DNA of 64,000 nt from Lobosporangium transversale (Eukaryota): the NCBI RefSeq assembly GCF_002105155.1, contig NW_019028996.1:372001-436000 (forward strand), written 5' to 3'. Numbering within the stretch: the first letter of the stretch is position 1; every line of letters starts with the position of its first letter. The notes below the pieces were generated by a model that was not told the DNA's origin, did not search any database, and was given only the letters and a program-made list of their open reading frames with translations. Positions 1 through 14,011 of this stretch are shown here, piece by piece. A program made the position numbers and the translations under genes.

Positions 1-21
1 TAACCCTACTCCTTTATTCTA

Positions 22-640
22 ATGTTTGTCTACAAGCGTGGTAAGAACACTCTTATCCCTAGTTGATTATAAAGCTGAACCTAACATAAAAAATTCCATG
101 ACTGAAATTAATCTCTTACATATCCATCCACATATTCATCCCTCTAATGCCCTCTATCCTTATGCTCTTCGAAAGACGGTAAGGGACCTCATGAGAAAGA
201 CGAAAGCCGCAGTACTTGAATGAATCGAGCAAAGTGATATTAGATGACTAATCGAGTGATACCTTTACCGATATCTATCTTTTCCCTTTATTCTTTTATG
301 TATAAAACAGGTCGACAAGAGCGAGTCGAGTTTGACAAGATTACTTCACGTCTTCTCAAACTTTGCTATGGCCTTGATATGAACTACATTGACCCTGTCC
401 TGATCACTCAAAAGGTAAATAAATATATAAAAAAGCTTACCTCGGCCTGATCCCACCTGATCAAATACAAAATACAAATCAGTTACTATAGTGCTTTTCA
501 TCTATCACTTCATTGACTCATCTATTTTCTCCTTGTTATCTTCTCCCCTCCACTAGGTTATCTCCGGCGTGCATCTGGGTATCACAACAGTTGAGCTCGA
601 CAATCTCGCAGCAGAAACTGTAAGTTACCTTTAAAAGATG

Positions 641-678
<38 letters not shown>

Positions 679-2954
679 AAAAGCTTAGAATCGCATCGCT
701 AACTTTTTTTTTTTTTTTTTTAACTTGAATTATTGGTTTACAGGCCGCGTATATGACCACAAGGCACCCCGATTATGCTATCCTTGCAGCCCGAGTTGCG
801 GCTTCAAACTTGCACAAGCAATCCAAAAATGACTTTTCGCAAGTGATCGAGGACCTGCACCGTTACGTCAATCCAAAGACCAACAAGCCTGCACCCATGA
901 TCAGTGAACAAACTTATGCGGTTGTTATGAGACATGCCGATCAGCTCAACTCAGCCATCGTCTACGATCGCGATTTCAACTTTAACTACTTCGGCTTTAA
1001 GACCCTGGAACGATCATACCTCCTCAAGATCGATGGCAAGATAGTAGAGAGGCCTCAACAAATGCTCATGCGTGTTGCTGTTGGGATCCATGGTGAGGAT
1101 ATCGACAAGGCCATTGAAACTTATAACTACATGTCTGAAAAATATTTTACGCATGCATCTCCGATCCTGTTTAATGCTGGGACCCCAAGGCCTCAAATGT
1201 CAAGTTGTTTCCTCTTGACTATGAAGGATGACTCGATCGAAGGAATTTACGATACCCTCAAGTCTTGTGCCATGATCTCCAAGACTGCTGGTGGGATTGG
1301 CCTTAATGTCCATAACATCCGAGCCTCAGGTTCATATATTGCTGGTACGAATGGTCATTCTAACGGATTGATCCCTATGTTGAGGGTATTTAACAATACC
1401 GCGAGATATGTAGATCAAGGTGGAAACAAGCGGCCAGGAGCCTTTGCCATGTATTTGGAACCTTGGCATGCGGACGTGTTTGATTTTTTGGACCTTCGCA
1501 AGAATACAGGCAAGGAAGAGACTCGTGCTCGAGACTTGTTCCTGGGACTCTGGATCCCTGACCTGTTCATGAAACGAATTGAACAGAATGGCGATTGGAG
1601 TCTCTTTTGTCCTGCTGAGGCGCCTGGTCTACAAGATGTCTGGGGCGAAGAGTTTGAGAAACTCTATATGACCTACGAGCTGGAAGGACGGGCTCGTAAG
1701 ACTATCAAGGCTCAGAAGCTGTGGTTCGCAATCCTGGAGGCTCAAACAGAGACTGGAACGCCCTATATGCTTTATAAAGATGCCTGTAACCGCAAGTCGA
1801 ATCAACAGAACTTGGGGACTATCAAGTGTAGTAATCTCTGTACAGAGATCATCGAATACAGCAGCCCTGATGAGGTCGCTGTCTGTAACTTGGCCAGTAT
1901 TGCTCTTCCTACCTTTGTCATGACTGGTGACAATGGCATTCCAGTATTTGATTTCAAGATGCTCCACAAGATCACTAAAGTCGTAACTCGGAACCTGAAT
2001 AAGGTTATTGATAGAAACTATTACCCAGTTCCTGAGGCCGAAAAGTCCAACAAACGTCATCGTCCAATTGGATTGGGAGTCCAGGGCCTAGCAGACGCCT
2101 TTTTCAAAATGCACATGCCCTTTGACTCGCTTGAAGCCCGCAAATTGAACGTCTTGATTTTTGAGACCATCTATCATGCTGCACTCGAAGCATCTTGTGA
2201 GCTTGCTCAAGAAGAGGGTGTCTACGTGACCTATCCAGGGTCTCCAGTGTCTAAGGGTATTCTGCAACCAGACATGTGGGGGGTCACTCCAACTGATCTC
2301 TGGGACTGGGACACCCTTCGTGACAACATTTCGAAGCATGGCGTCCGGAACTCGTTGCTTGTAGCTCCCATGCCCACAGCGTCCACATCCCAGATCTTGG
2401 GTAACAATGAATGTTTTGAGCCTTATACTTCCAACATCTTTACAAGACGCGTTCTCGCGGGTGAATTCCAGATTGTGAACCCTTGGATGCTCAAAGATAT
2501 GGTCGATCGTGGTCTATGGACCGATTCTCTAAAGAACCGGATCATTGCGGAGAATGGCTCTATCCAAAATATCTCTGGGGTTCCAGATGATTTAAAAGCC
2601 TTGTACAAGACCACGTGGGAAATCTCTCAAAAGGTCATCATTGACATGGCAGCGGATCGTGGGGCCTATATCGATCAATCTCAATCGCTAAACATTCATA
2701 TGTCGGACGTAAACTTCGGAAAGCTGACAAGTATGGCGTTTTATGGATGGAAGAAGGGTCTAAAGACCGGGATGTATTACCTACGAACCCGTGCAGCTGT
2801 CGATGCTATCAAGTTTACAGTTGATCAGCTTTCGATCGCCAAAATCAAGGAGGCTGAGAGAGCGAGCGCGGATGCTGCTAATCAAGCTGCCAATGAAGCA
2901 GCTATGATTTGTTCAATTGACAACCGCGAAGCTTGTGTCAGCTGTAGTGGATAA
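22..2954 (+). CDS. RNR1: Ribonucleoside-diphosphate reductase large subunit (class Ia); exons 22-40, 176-178, 311-414, 557-619, 744-2954
   Basis: Spliced N-terminus [19 protein letters not shown] (ATP cone), [29 protein letters not shown] and C-terminal CxxC tail; GT-AG boundaries read directly. Confidence 0.98.
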
Positions 2955-3146
2955 AAAAGAATGAAAGAAAATATTAGGAGCAATGGACTATCAGTCATCC
3001 TTTACTTCCTTAATCTTCTATTTTTTAGTACAGGTACAATATATATTTGATGTTTATGTATTATTTTATGATGAGGCAAAAATGAGAATCTAGAGAGTAT
3101 GATGCAAAATGATAGGGAAAAATTTGTCTCGAAATGTTTGTAGCTT

Positions 3147-6100
3147 CTAAATCTTTAAAAACTTGCGTTTCTTTTCTGACTCTTGCTTCTTCTCTTCCTC
3201 TTTACGGATCGCGTCCTCGTCAAAGAATTCTGACGTATTATTGGCTTCGTAGTCGCGGTGAATATAGTTGAGTGCAGCTACATTAAAACCAACGACGTCC
3301 TAGAAGCATAAAAAACAAATAAATAAATCAATGAATATGCCATACAGCTCCCCGCTAACCTTCTTTTGGAATGGAAAGAGAATGCCTGTAAGTATGCGAG
3401 GAGATTTACCTTTTGCTTTTGCAAGCCGATCCTCAGGTTGCGTCGCACAGAATCCAGCATGGGTCGCATGATCCTATTGGCAACAATCTGGTTATGATGT
3501 GACTTGACCAGAAAAAATAAGACTCTACAGACAAGGTTGATGTTGTATTCACGCTGCACAAAGACATCTAGCCAGTTCAAGAGACTTGTCACAGCTGAGA
3601 ATGGTAGAACCAACAGAGCCTCATCCAATTCTGCAGGACGGATTCTCTCCAGCTCAAACCAGACATGTTGCTCTGGTGTTTGTCGCATCGAGATCAATAA
3701 GGGTGATCTCTGAGGCTTCGATAAGCCACGCTCACCGCGAGCTATGCCGGCGTTATATTCCTTCCAGGCATTGATTTCCTGGTCCGCAAGCTCAAGAGCC
3801 TCCATAATGCGTTCTCCTGCTTTAAGGGTTTCCATGGTCTGCTTGCCAGCTGATGCTAATTCATCACCGTTATGGGCAGATGGCGCTCCAATATTTCCCT
3901 CACCATGGTCCACCATCCCTGTCTTCTCAAACGAGGCTGTCAAGGTCGCCTCGTACAAGTCATCTAATTCTTGCTCACGTTCTTCCTCTAAGAAAACCTG
4001 ATCCTCAGTCTTTTGCCAGATACGTAATGAGCGGTCATGTGAAGCAGAGACCACAATATTACCATATGTGCCCACAGCTAACGCCCAGACCTCTCCATGA
4101 TGGCCCTCCAGCTTCAAGATGTTCTCGAATTTGTCTCCATCCCAATACTTGACAGTCCTGTCCTTGGAGGCTGTGAAGAAGTAATGTGTATTCCACACAA
4201 ACTGGACTGCCATAACTGATTCTTGATGAGCAAACAGAGACTTATGACAATCTCCGAAATCAAGACCCCAGAGCTTTACGTTTTTGTCAGCAGAACAAGT
4301 TACAAGTAAATTTGAATCTGATGAGATGTCCATAGAGAGCACGGGTAGTTTGTGGCCATAGAGTGATAGGAAGAATTTGAGAGTGTCGTGATAAAAGACC
4401 TTGACAGTTGCGTCTAATAGCGAGACCGCCACTATCTTTTGATCAGGCGAGTACCGAACACACAGAACATCATCTGACATTTTAAGAGTACGCATATGAA
4501 CCAAGGATAGACGTTTTTTGATCGATTGACCAACTTGTTCCTCCACCATATCAAAGTCCCAGAACTTGACATCCTTATCTGCACTTCCTGTAACCAATCC
4601 ACGTCTGTCTGGGCGGACCTGAAGAGACCAGATTGCTCCTTCGTGTGCTTCAATAGATTCAATCATGGAGGAGGATCCGAGATCAAACAGCTCCAAATGA
4701 CCTGTTTTGGTTCCGACTATGACCTAAAAAGTGAGAGAAAAGGAAGAAAGAAAGAAAAAAAAAATCCGCGTATATCTCAGTAAAAAGTCAGCACAGAATC
4801 CAAATACCATATTAGCTATGCCGTGTCAGCTAATCTTTGTCACTTACATGACGGTTTCCAGGCAGGAAAGCGCAGCATAGGGCATATCCACAATCCATTG
4901 TCCTAATGCATGATGTTGTCTTGACATTCCAAATTTTCAATGAGCCTAAAAAGTAAAAGAGGAGTATGGATGTCAGTAGTGACGACGTACACATTAGCAT
5001 AGTAGTTAAATTATTTAGCGATGACTCGGTTTTTAAATAAGAGCACCGGGTCCTTACCGTTGGATGCAGAACATAAAAGCTCGTCGTCAGAACTAAGGGC
5101 AACCGCACGGATATCTGATCTGTGTCCGGCTAACTCTAATGTGTATGCCTTACTGGGCTCGTTCGCCACTTCTTCATTCTTAGTCGCAGTAGGGTGAGGG
5201 ACTGACCAGACCTCCACAGTATTATTGTTCAACGATGCCACCAACTGGATATGTCCTAGCTTCTGTACATCCTTTGCTGGTGCAAAGTCGAATGACCTGA
5301 ATTTGGCTGCTGAGCGAAGGACATGCCAAGGTGTGATCTCATCTGTTGCCTGAATTGTATCATCCACAGGCTCTTCTGCTGTAGCACCCTCAATATCGCC
5401 CTTCTTCAACAACGCCTGCTGCTTCTCACGTTGACGTTTCCTTCTGCGTGACATCTTCTTCTTGATCTCCTCAACCGAGCGTATCCTAAACAACTCAATG
5501 GACTTGTCTGAGGCCTGACAGCCCAAAAAATCTTGTGACGAATGGAATTTCAGGGTTGTTACACGTTCCTTTGATTGACGAGGGATAGATCCATAGAATG
5601 TGATAGCCTTGACCAAGCCTGAACTTTCACTCTGTTCATTATTATGTGAGTCCTCACCAACTTCCTTAGCTTCTTCACCAATGCCCAGTCCAGTTCTAAG
5701 GGCGTCAGCATTGATCTTCCAGACTTTAATATCAGGATCACCGCCTCCGGAGACTAAAATAGTTTCATCTGAATTGACGTCGCAATCCCAAACCTCGTTC
5801 CTGTGAGCAACCAGAGTCTCCATACAATGTTGAGTCGACAGATCCCAAAGTTTAATGAGTGTATCCTTCGAGCCCGATAAAATATATTCATCCGTAGGTT
5901 GACCGCCCTCAACAAGTGCAGGTCGTGACAAGAATCGGACAGAAGTAATCTGGTCTTTGTGGCCACGAAGACTATCAAAAATTCAAAGGAATTAGTTTAT
6001 TCCCATTTTCTTTCGTACGTTGTATAATAAAGAAAACTTGCTTTTCAATAATTGTAAATGAGCCTTTATCTTACCGGTAGAGTCCAACTTCACCTTCAAC

Positions 6101-6595
6101 ATCCCAAACAATTAGGTCAGTGTCTTTTGATCCAGAAACAAGGCGGCTCCCAGACTTGTCAAACGCCAAAGCTGTCACTGCGGAACGATGACCATTAAAT
6201 GTGACAAGGACATCTGAATCTTTCATACTCCAAATACGGATCGAACCATTCGCATAACCAACAGCATAACTATTCCGATCTGTGTTGCGTGCAATGCATG
6301 TGACTTCTGCTTTATTATCGCTATCATGCCATGTTCCAACCTACATACAATAATAAAAAGCTTCAATTCATTAATATCTTTCTTAAAGTCAAAAGTACAA
6401 CAATTCATTAAGCCCTAATTTTTTTATTTTTAATTTTATTACTCGCTCGCCCCTCTTGAGGTCCCAGATGCAAACGTCTTCTAAGGCTGGGCTGATGGCG
6501 TATTTTCCTTCAATGTCATAAATAATGTTGGAGTTCCCACTGGCCACAACACCGAAGGTGGTGCGTGGAGTGTAGCGCTGATATGCCTTGACCAT
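3147..6595 (-). CDS. UTP12: WD40 U3 snoRNP/SSU processome protein Utp12/Dip2 (WDR3), multi-exon
   Basis: Start MVKAYQRY; many WD repeats ([39 protein letters not shown]); C-terminal Utp12 domain ending [10 protein letters not shown]...KRKFLKI*. Confidence 0.95.
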
Positions 6596-6814
6596 ACTAA
6601 TCAATCAAGGATATTGCTATATTCCTTTTCAAAACTCTCTGAATGATACTAAAAAAAAGAATTGTGGGCAGTTGAGAGAATGATAATGGTATGTTGAGTT
6701 TCTGTTTTTAGAGGCTATAGTCGGACGAGGGAGGTTGTTATGCAATGGACTCTTTTGCAATGAGGACGACGAAGCAATAGTAACAAGTTTTGCACAATGA
6801 GACGACTAGGACAT

Positions 6815-6848
<34 letters not shown>

Positions 6849-6997
6849 AAAAAAAAGTGCCTGCTTAAAGACATGTTTACATTTTGGATAGTTGTCAATC
6901 CAAGCCACATGACAGTCCCATTTTAGCTCCACAATGAAAACGCGATGAAACGACTCATCTAAAAACACACGCATATACCTAAACTTTCACTTGCAAA

Positions 6998-8022
6998 ATG
7001 GTAATAAGACAATGAATTACAACGATGTATCTGGCCTAGTCAGATTAAGGAGAAGAGAAGGAAGTAGTGAACCATGTTTAGCAATCCGCTCATTGGGACA
7101 TTCTTAAACAACAATGTATAGCGACTAATTGGATGCATTTTGGAGTAGTAGCCCCAGTAAACGAGAATGAATTCAAAAACCGCAGAAATACTTTCTGTTC
7201 ACTAAAAAAAACTTGTATCTCTCTCTCATTTTTTCTTTTCCTTCTTTACCTGCTAAAAAGGCATCCATCGTTCAATCGCTTTCAGTCCCCTCAACTTACA
7301 AGGATCAGCAATATCAAGGCACGTCCACCCAATTGGCACAAGATTTAGCTAATTCGACCACGCTCTATGTCGGAAATTTATCCTTCTATACTACAGAAGA
7401 ACAGATCTACGAACTGTTCTCCAAATGTGGAGAAATTAAACGCATTATCATGGGACTTGACCGCAATCAAAAGACTCCTTGTGGGTTCTGCTTTGTTGAG
7501 TAAGTTAAAATTTATTATGATTTTTTTGTAAAACTCATCAACTCATCAAGTATAAAATGATATCTTACCATTTCCATTTTTCCTTCTCCTTTCTACTCAC
7601 CTAGATACTATCACCACTCAGATGCGCTGGATTGTATGAAGTATATCAACAGCTCAAAATTAGATGAGCGTATTGTCCGCTCAGATTTGGACCATGGATA
7701 TAGAGAAGGACGTCAATTTGGTCGCGGTCGAAGTGGTGGTCAAGTACGTGATGAGTACAGATTGGAGTTTGATGCTGGTCGTGGAGGCTGGGGCCATGTG
7801 CGTGCACGACAGGAGGCTGAACGTGAAAGGGATCAAAAAGCGAATTATGAAGCCATCACCACTATTCCTGAAGGTGCTAATCTCGATTATAAAGACCGCA
7901 AAGAAGCTGAATCAAACACCAAAAGATCCAGGGATGATGATGATGATGATGACGATGAGCAGCAGCGCGCAAAAGCCAATCCTCGGTTTAGAGAAGGTGA
8001 TGAGGATGATGATGACGCATAG
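6998..8022 (+). CDS. CBC2: Nuclear cap-binding protein subunit 2 (CBP20); exons 6998-7000, 7261-7499, 7605-8022
   Basis: [29 protein letters not shown]...[11 protein letters not shown] and [21 protein letters not shown]-only first exon inferred from ATG|gtaata. Confidence 0.95.
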
Positions 8023-8295
8023 AAGGAGAAAAAAATAGTACGTGGTTTTTAGCGTTGTTCCCATCTCTTAAATTGCGATAATGTATATACACATAGGTTC
8101 GAACAGCAAAGCATCGCAAGCACAATTATTCTTCACTAGTTCTTCGTTTAATCTTGCTCAATAAAGAAAAAAAGAGGAAAAAAAAAAAAAGAAAGTAGAG
8201 AGAAATGGAGCAAACAGTCTTTAGTCTTTATAGTCTTTATATTATTATTTGTTTTATTGAGAAATAGAAAAGGTTCTTTCCTACAAAATAAAAAT

Positions 8296-9234
8296 CTATG
8301 CAGCTGTGCGCATGGGTGCATGAAAAGGATTCAAAGGGTTGGCCATTTGTGTTCCAGGTGCGCTATACCCTGGTGCGTTCTCCATTCGACTCGAGCTGAG
8401 CATGCGCTGATCATTCTTGAAGAACATCTGCAAGGTAAACATCTTTTGGTCTACATCCCAATGGCTCCACAGTTTTTCTTCGGCTCTGTCGATATCCCTG
8501 CTCTGGATCTTGAATGCAATACTCTCATAGGGTTCTGCCGCAATGACTAGATACTGATATGCCTTATTTGGTGCCTGAACCTGTTGCTCATATGCAGACA
8601 TGAATCTGTACCGAGGCTCAACGCCCTGTGCAATCTCTGGATACGCAATCTCAAACAACATGCCAACTTGACGTGAAGCTGGGTCCCGGATCTTTGTGAC
8701 TTTGTAACCGGGACGACCAATTTTAATGATGTTGCGCTTGAATGTTGGTGCAGCATTTGCTCCGCCTTTGAGTGCTTGTTGTTGTTGTGCTGTCAATGGT
8801 GCCATACTATCAGGTTTTTCCATCGCATCCTTGGCTGCACGGCGACCCAGGTTGGTTTGATGCTTCTTTCCTTGTGTGTGCGCAAGATATGATCCTTCAT
8901 TGGTATGTAATGTCAAGCAAAGTTTACATTCGTATGATCCCAAGTGATTCCTCATGAAATATGGGTCCTTGGCCAAATCTAAAATATATATACATAAAAA
9001 AAAAACAGACAAGAGTCCATTTCTTTATTTAGTTCATTAACTCCGGTTTGCGCTCATGTATCCTGTGCATAAAATGTGAATCATCACCAAATACAATAGT
9101 GATGCATTTAGTCTACCAATGGTTTCCAAGGCCAGTTTTCGAAGACGCTCTCTTCTGTCGACATTGCTTTCCGAAGCACCGGCCACACCGGCACTTCCAA
9201 TCTTGGATCCAACACGATTTTGTCTGTCTGCCAT
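8296..9234 (-). CDS. SF3A2: Splicing factor 3A subunit 2 (SAP62/Prp11); exons 9234-9117, 8978-8296
   Basis: RRERLRKLALETIDLAKDPY, matrin-type Zn finger ECKLCLTLHTNEGSYLAHTQGKKH, RFMSAYEQ. Confidence 0.96.
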
Positions 9235-11209
9235 TTGAGTTTATTTCTTATTTAGATGCTGGTTTTCCTTTTGATTTAGTTTTTGGAGGCGAGGTGGAGA
9301 TTATATGTGATCAATTTAATGGTGAAGTGTCAGGGCTACGATGTAAAGAAGCTTGAATAGATTAAAATGCTCAGCCACCCACCAAGGCACGTGCCTTTGT
9401 CTTAACGGCCCAACCTACAGCGTAGGAAACTAACTGCCATGGTCTTCAACTTTGAAGAATGATAGCATCAGCCTATCGTCCGTTACCCGCCAAAAAGAAA
9501 GGCTACGATATTGTCAATGCAAGCATAAATACTATTAGTATGTAGAAACATGGCATAGTTCCATGCGATCCCACTAGAGTCTTTTTTTTTATAAAAAAAG
9601 CGCGTTGAGTAGCCAAGTTTATTTATGCATTGTGGTTATTTGGTAATGCTGACAAAGGCGGCTTTACAGTGTTGCGTCTGCTGATTGCGGGGGAAGTAGA
9701 TAGCAAGTTGAAGTCTCTAGTAAACATGGATATGAAATACATATGGCCTGGCAGCTTCTTAGTCTCTTATAATATGGGAGACGTTATATATCTGAGTTTA
9801 CCATGCTCTGTTTAACGTGCAATTCCGGGAAGAGATGTTACTATCTGTTTTTAAGGACACCCATGCGCTGATAACCTCGAAACAGCATCAGAATCTTTAC
9901 TAGTGGCTTTCAGAATGGGTGCGCCATAGAGATCGGAACATCTTACTCAGATGTCCTCAACTTATCCTCTCTACTCACCCGACACAGCGTTCCTGACGAA
10001 CCTGAATCCCTCGTTTAGATCGATGATTAGAGTAGCCATTATATATGTCGTAAGCTTAGCTGTTCTGCTCATGCTTTTGACCATAAGTAACTGTAGAGGC
10101 ATGGCGGACTGCCAACCGCACTCTTGTTTATTTGATGAAAGTCTGCTGCTCTGCTGCTTAGAGCTATGTTATTTATATTGGACTACTTCTCTCAGGCATG
10201 ATAGAAGGCAATTTTTCATCTGTAAGGGACTGTAAATGTATCCCCAATAAAAGCAAAAGCAGTGCTATTTCGTTAGAGGATGGAAAAGATGAGAAAGTAC
10301 TCAAATAAAGATACGTGAGATATATGTCGAAGCAATGTATATCCTTCTCAGCAAGCTGGCGTATGCAACGCGTCATCCTGTTTCCCATGGACAAGTATTT
10401 TATCACCTTTGAATCTGTAAGGGGTGACATCTTTCCTAGCCTTCGCTTCGTCCAACAAAAATAACAAGGGCAGGTTTGCTTTGCTCCTGAGACAACAATG
10501 TCGATATGCTTTCCAGATACAGATTCAATACGAAGAGCGATTGGTGGATTAGTTTGGTTTATTTGAGAACAAACGAGCTAGCCTGTTCATGTCAATCACA
10601 GGAGCAGGCACAGACGTTGACAGCCCGATACCTCTCCTACTGGACCATTTACTCACGTCCAGTTCCTTCTCCCATTCACTCTTGATACTCAAGTACTCAC
10701 CACTATTGCCAATTTACACAGAGAGCAGCGAGTTAAGAGAGCTGAATGAAGTCTAGAGATGGGCCTTTATCTCCATCTCTCGTCTCGGAACAGGTGGTCA
10801 AATTAGGTTTTTAAAGAACAAGTTCAGTATATTAAATGTTTGCTGGTTTTTTTTTTTTTTTTTTTTTTGATGAGTTCATTGCGCATGTGGGTTGACGCGT
10901 CACGCCTATTTGTAGATCATGGGCATATGTGATATACGTGCGAGTGTTGAATACAACTTGGTTTGTTCTTGATGTGCCAAAGCAGGCGACGCGTTTACCC
11001 GATGTATGCTTCATTTGTGAGGAGCCCATACTTTTTTCCTGATCAATGCACCTCTGTGGGAATATTAAAAATAGCTTCCGTCCAATAAAGCAAACTGCAT
11101 TTAATTTCCATCTTTCTTTTCCATTCTTTTTCATCTCTCCATCTTCCTTCCTTCCTCCTTTCAGACATTCATTCTTTGAAACATTAACCAACTTCAAACT
11201 CATACCAAG

Positions 11210-13567
11210 ATGGCTGCTATCAATGTCGAAAGTCTCAAGGTGCTCTCTGAGAAGTACCCCAAGCCTAGCTATCGCTTCGGCTATGGCACTGCAGGATTTC
11301 GTATGAAGTATGAACATTTTATCCTTGTCGTCATTCATACATACTCGTCATATTTCAAAACGACTTCCAGCATTTTCTTGAGCCGCTTATTTCTGGCCAA
11401 ATGAATGAGCGATAAAAAAAGCTTTATTCGATTCACTATATCCTGAGAATAAAGATAAAAAAAAAGGGACCAGGTCAAGAGGATCAATGAACAATCAAAC
11501 GTTTATCATCGAGAATGATTACTGACACCCTTTTTTATCAATATCCTATAGGGCTGAGCTCTTAGACTCTGTCGTTTTCCGCTCCGGTATTGTGGCGGCT
11601 TTGCGCTCCAAGAAACTCGACGGAAAAGTCATTGGATGCATGATAACTGCCTCTCACAATCCTGCTGCTGTAAGAGCCTTTTCTTCATGCACCTTTGGAC
11701 TGGAGGCCCACAAGATAAAAAAAAGTTTACTTGAAATTTTCACTAATACTTTCTCGATATCTCATTCTTCCTCCTGCATGCATTATTTTGTCTGTGATGT
11801 TCATGTATTTGTAAATATTATAGGACAATGGTATTAAACTTGTGGATCCTTTGGGCGAGATGCTCGAATCCTCTTGGGAGGCTCACTGTACTGCAATTGC
11901 GAACGCAGAGTCAAACGAAGAAATTATCGACTATATCCACACAATGGTCAACAATTTGAAGATCGATCTTACAAAGCCTGCCAATGTCGTTATTGGACGC
12001 GATACACGCCCCAGTGGAAAGGGGTTAGTTGAAGCCTTCATTGACGGCCTTAAAGTCCTTGACGCTACTTACACGGATCATGGTATCCTCACCACTCCTC
12101 AGCTCCATTATATCACTCGCTGCCTCAACACCGCTGGAACCCCCGAGGCATATGGTGAACCTACTGCGGAAGGGTATTATAAGAAGTTGGCCGCAGCCTT
12201 TAAGGTCCTAGTTGAGGGTAAGAATAAGCTTTCGCCTCTGATTTTGGACTGTGCCAATGGAGTCGGAGCTCCCAAGTTCAAAGAATTCCTACCTTACTTG
12301 GGTGATGCCTTGTCCTGCAAGATTGTGAATGACGATATTGACAACCCGGTCAATCTGAACCTCAATGTATGTATTAATGCAATATGAATAACACAAGGAG
12401 CACAGCTTAGGGCTATTATATTTTTGGGATCGCGCTATTGGAGGCAATAGATCAACAACTAATCTGCCTTTCCATTTCATGATTTTAGGCTGGAGCTGAC
12501 TATGTCAAAGTCCAGCAGCGTGCACCCGTCGGACTGAAGACAGCCCCTAATGAGCGCTATGCTTCCTTTGATGGTGATGCTGATCGTCTTGTCTATTATT
12601 ATCAGGATGATGGTAATGTCTTGAAATTATTTAATGATATTATTTCTGAATTCTTTGTTTTGGCTTTTCTCTGATTTTTTTTTTTTTGGTTTGCTATAGA
12701 TGGCACCTTCAGGCTATTGGATGGTGACAAGATTGCAGGCCTTGCCGCCATGTTCATCATCGACATCGTTAAGGCTGCAGGTATTGACAGTATTTCCGTT
12801 GGTGTTGTTCAAACTGCTTATGCCAATGGAGCCTCGACTCAATATCTCCGCAACACCTTGGTATGTGAATGGCATGAGTTATAAGGTTGTTATTGCTTAT
12901 TGGGCTCGCTATAATCATTAGTAACTTACTTTACTGCTGCTCTTTGTTCTTGTTGTATTAATAGAATGTGCCCGTCTCTTGCGTTCCCACCGGAGTCAAG
13001 TATTTGCATCATGAAGCCACAAAGTACGATGTCGGAGTCTATTTTGAGGCCAATGGACATGGTACCGTTCTCTTCAGCCCCACTGCTCTCAAAACTATCT
13101 ACTCTACTGAAGGATCCACCCCAGCTCAAGCTGTTGCCGTTCGCTCCCTTCGTGCGCTTTCGGAGGTCATTAACCAAGCTGTTGGTGATGCCTTCTCTGA
13201 TCTTCTCCTTGTTGAAGCCATCTTGACACAGAGACAATGGACCCCTAAGGTCTGGGACCAGGCATACACTGACCTGCCTAATCGTTTGGTCAAGGTCGTC
13301 GTTAAGGATCGTTCCATTTTCAAGACCGTCGATGCTGAGCGCAAGTTGGTCGAGCCCGCTGGACTGCAGGATGCAATTGACGCCATCGTCCTCAAGTTCC
13401 GAGATGGACGCTCCTTTGTTCGTCCCTCTGGAACTGAGGATGTGGTTCGTGTCTATGCTGAGGCGGCCACTCGCCCTGAGACGGATGAGCTCGCATTCAG
13501 GATTGGTGGACTTGTCTTTGACTACAACTCTTGCGGCTCTGGCACTCGTCCTCGCGAGTTTATCTAG
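11210..13567 (+). CDS. PCM1: Phosphoacetylglucosamine mutase (PGM3/AGM1/PCM1), multi-exon
   Basis: YGTAGFR, MITASHNP (phosphoserine loop), SFDGDADR, GVYFEANGHGT, RSFVRPSGTEDVVRVYAEA. Confidence 0.96.
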
Positions 13568-13805
13568 GCAGCGGAACTACACTATTGCACATACTCCTCC
13601 CTTTCCCTTCCTTTCCATGATCCCATTGTAGAATAGATCGAAGATATAGCATCTGGTCGCAAGTCTTCATATCCCAAACCCTTCTTATCAATGCTTACTT
13701 ATAGCCTTGAACATTAAAAACAAAAAAAAAAAAAAAACTCTTTGATAAACTTTTGACGAGTTTATTGAGACGTGCAACCTCCTCTTTATTTTTTATTTCC
13801 TGACT

Positions 13806-13976
13806 TTAAGCACCATAACCGCGAATCTTCTCGGCAAAGGCCCACTCTGTTTCCACAGACATGGGTTCCGAAATTGTTACGCCTTCTGCTGTAATCTTTG
13901 CCAATTGGAACTAAATCAAGATTCATGATGCTAAATGTTAGCAAAAGAAGTCCTTGCCTTTGTATTGATATTTTTT

Positions 13977-14011
<35 letters not shown>

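Noticed and set aside
1..9. TAACCCTA telomere-like motif
   Set aside because: Single unit in the RNR1 5' region; no tandem array
641..720. Adjacent poly-A and poly-T tracts in introns as retro-insertion tails or hairpins
   Set aside because: Homopolymer tracts occur throughout the window; this also weakens the poly(A) evidence for the LINE end
7500..7604. Possible U12-type minor intron in CBP20 (and INTS4)
   Set aside because: Donor is GTAAGT; no (G/A)TATCCTT donor seen at the junctions I checked
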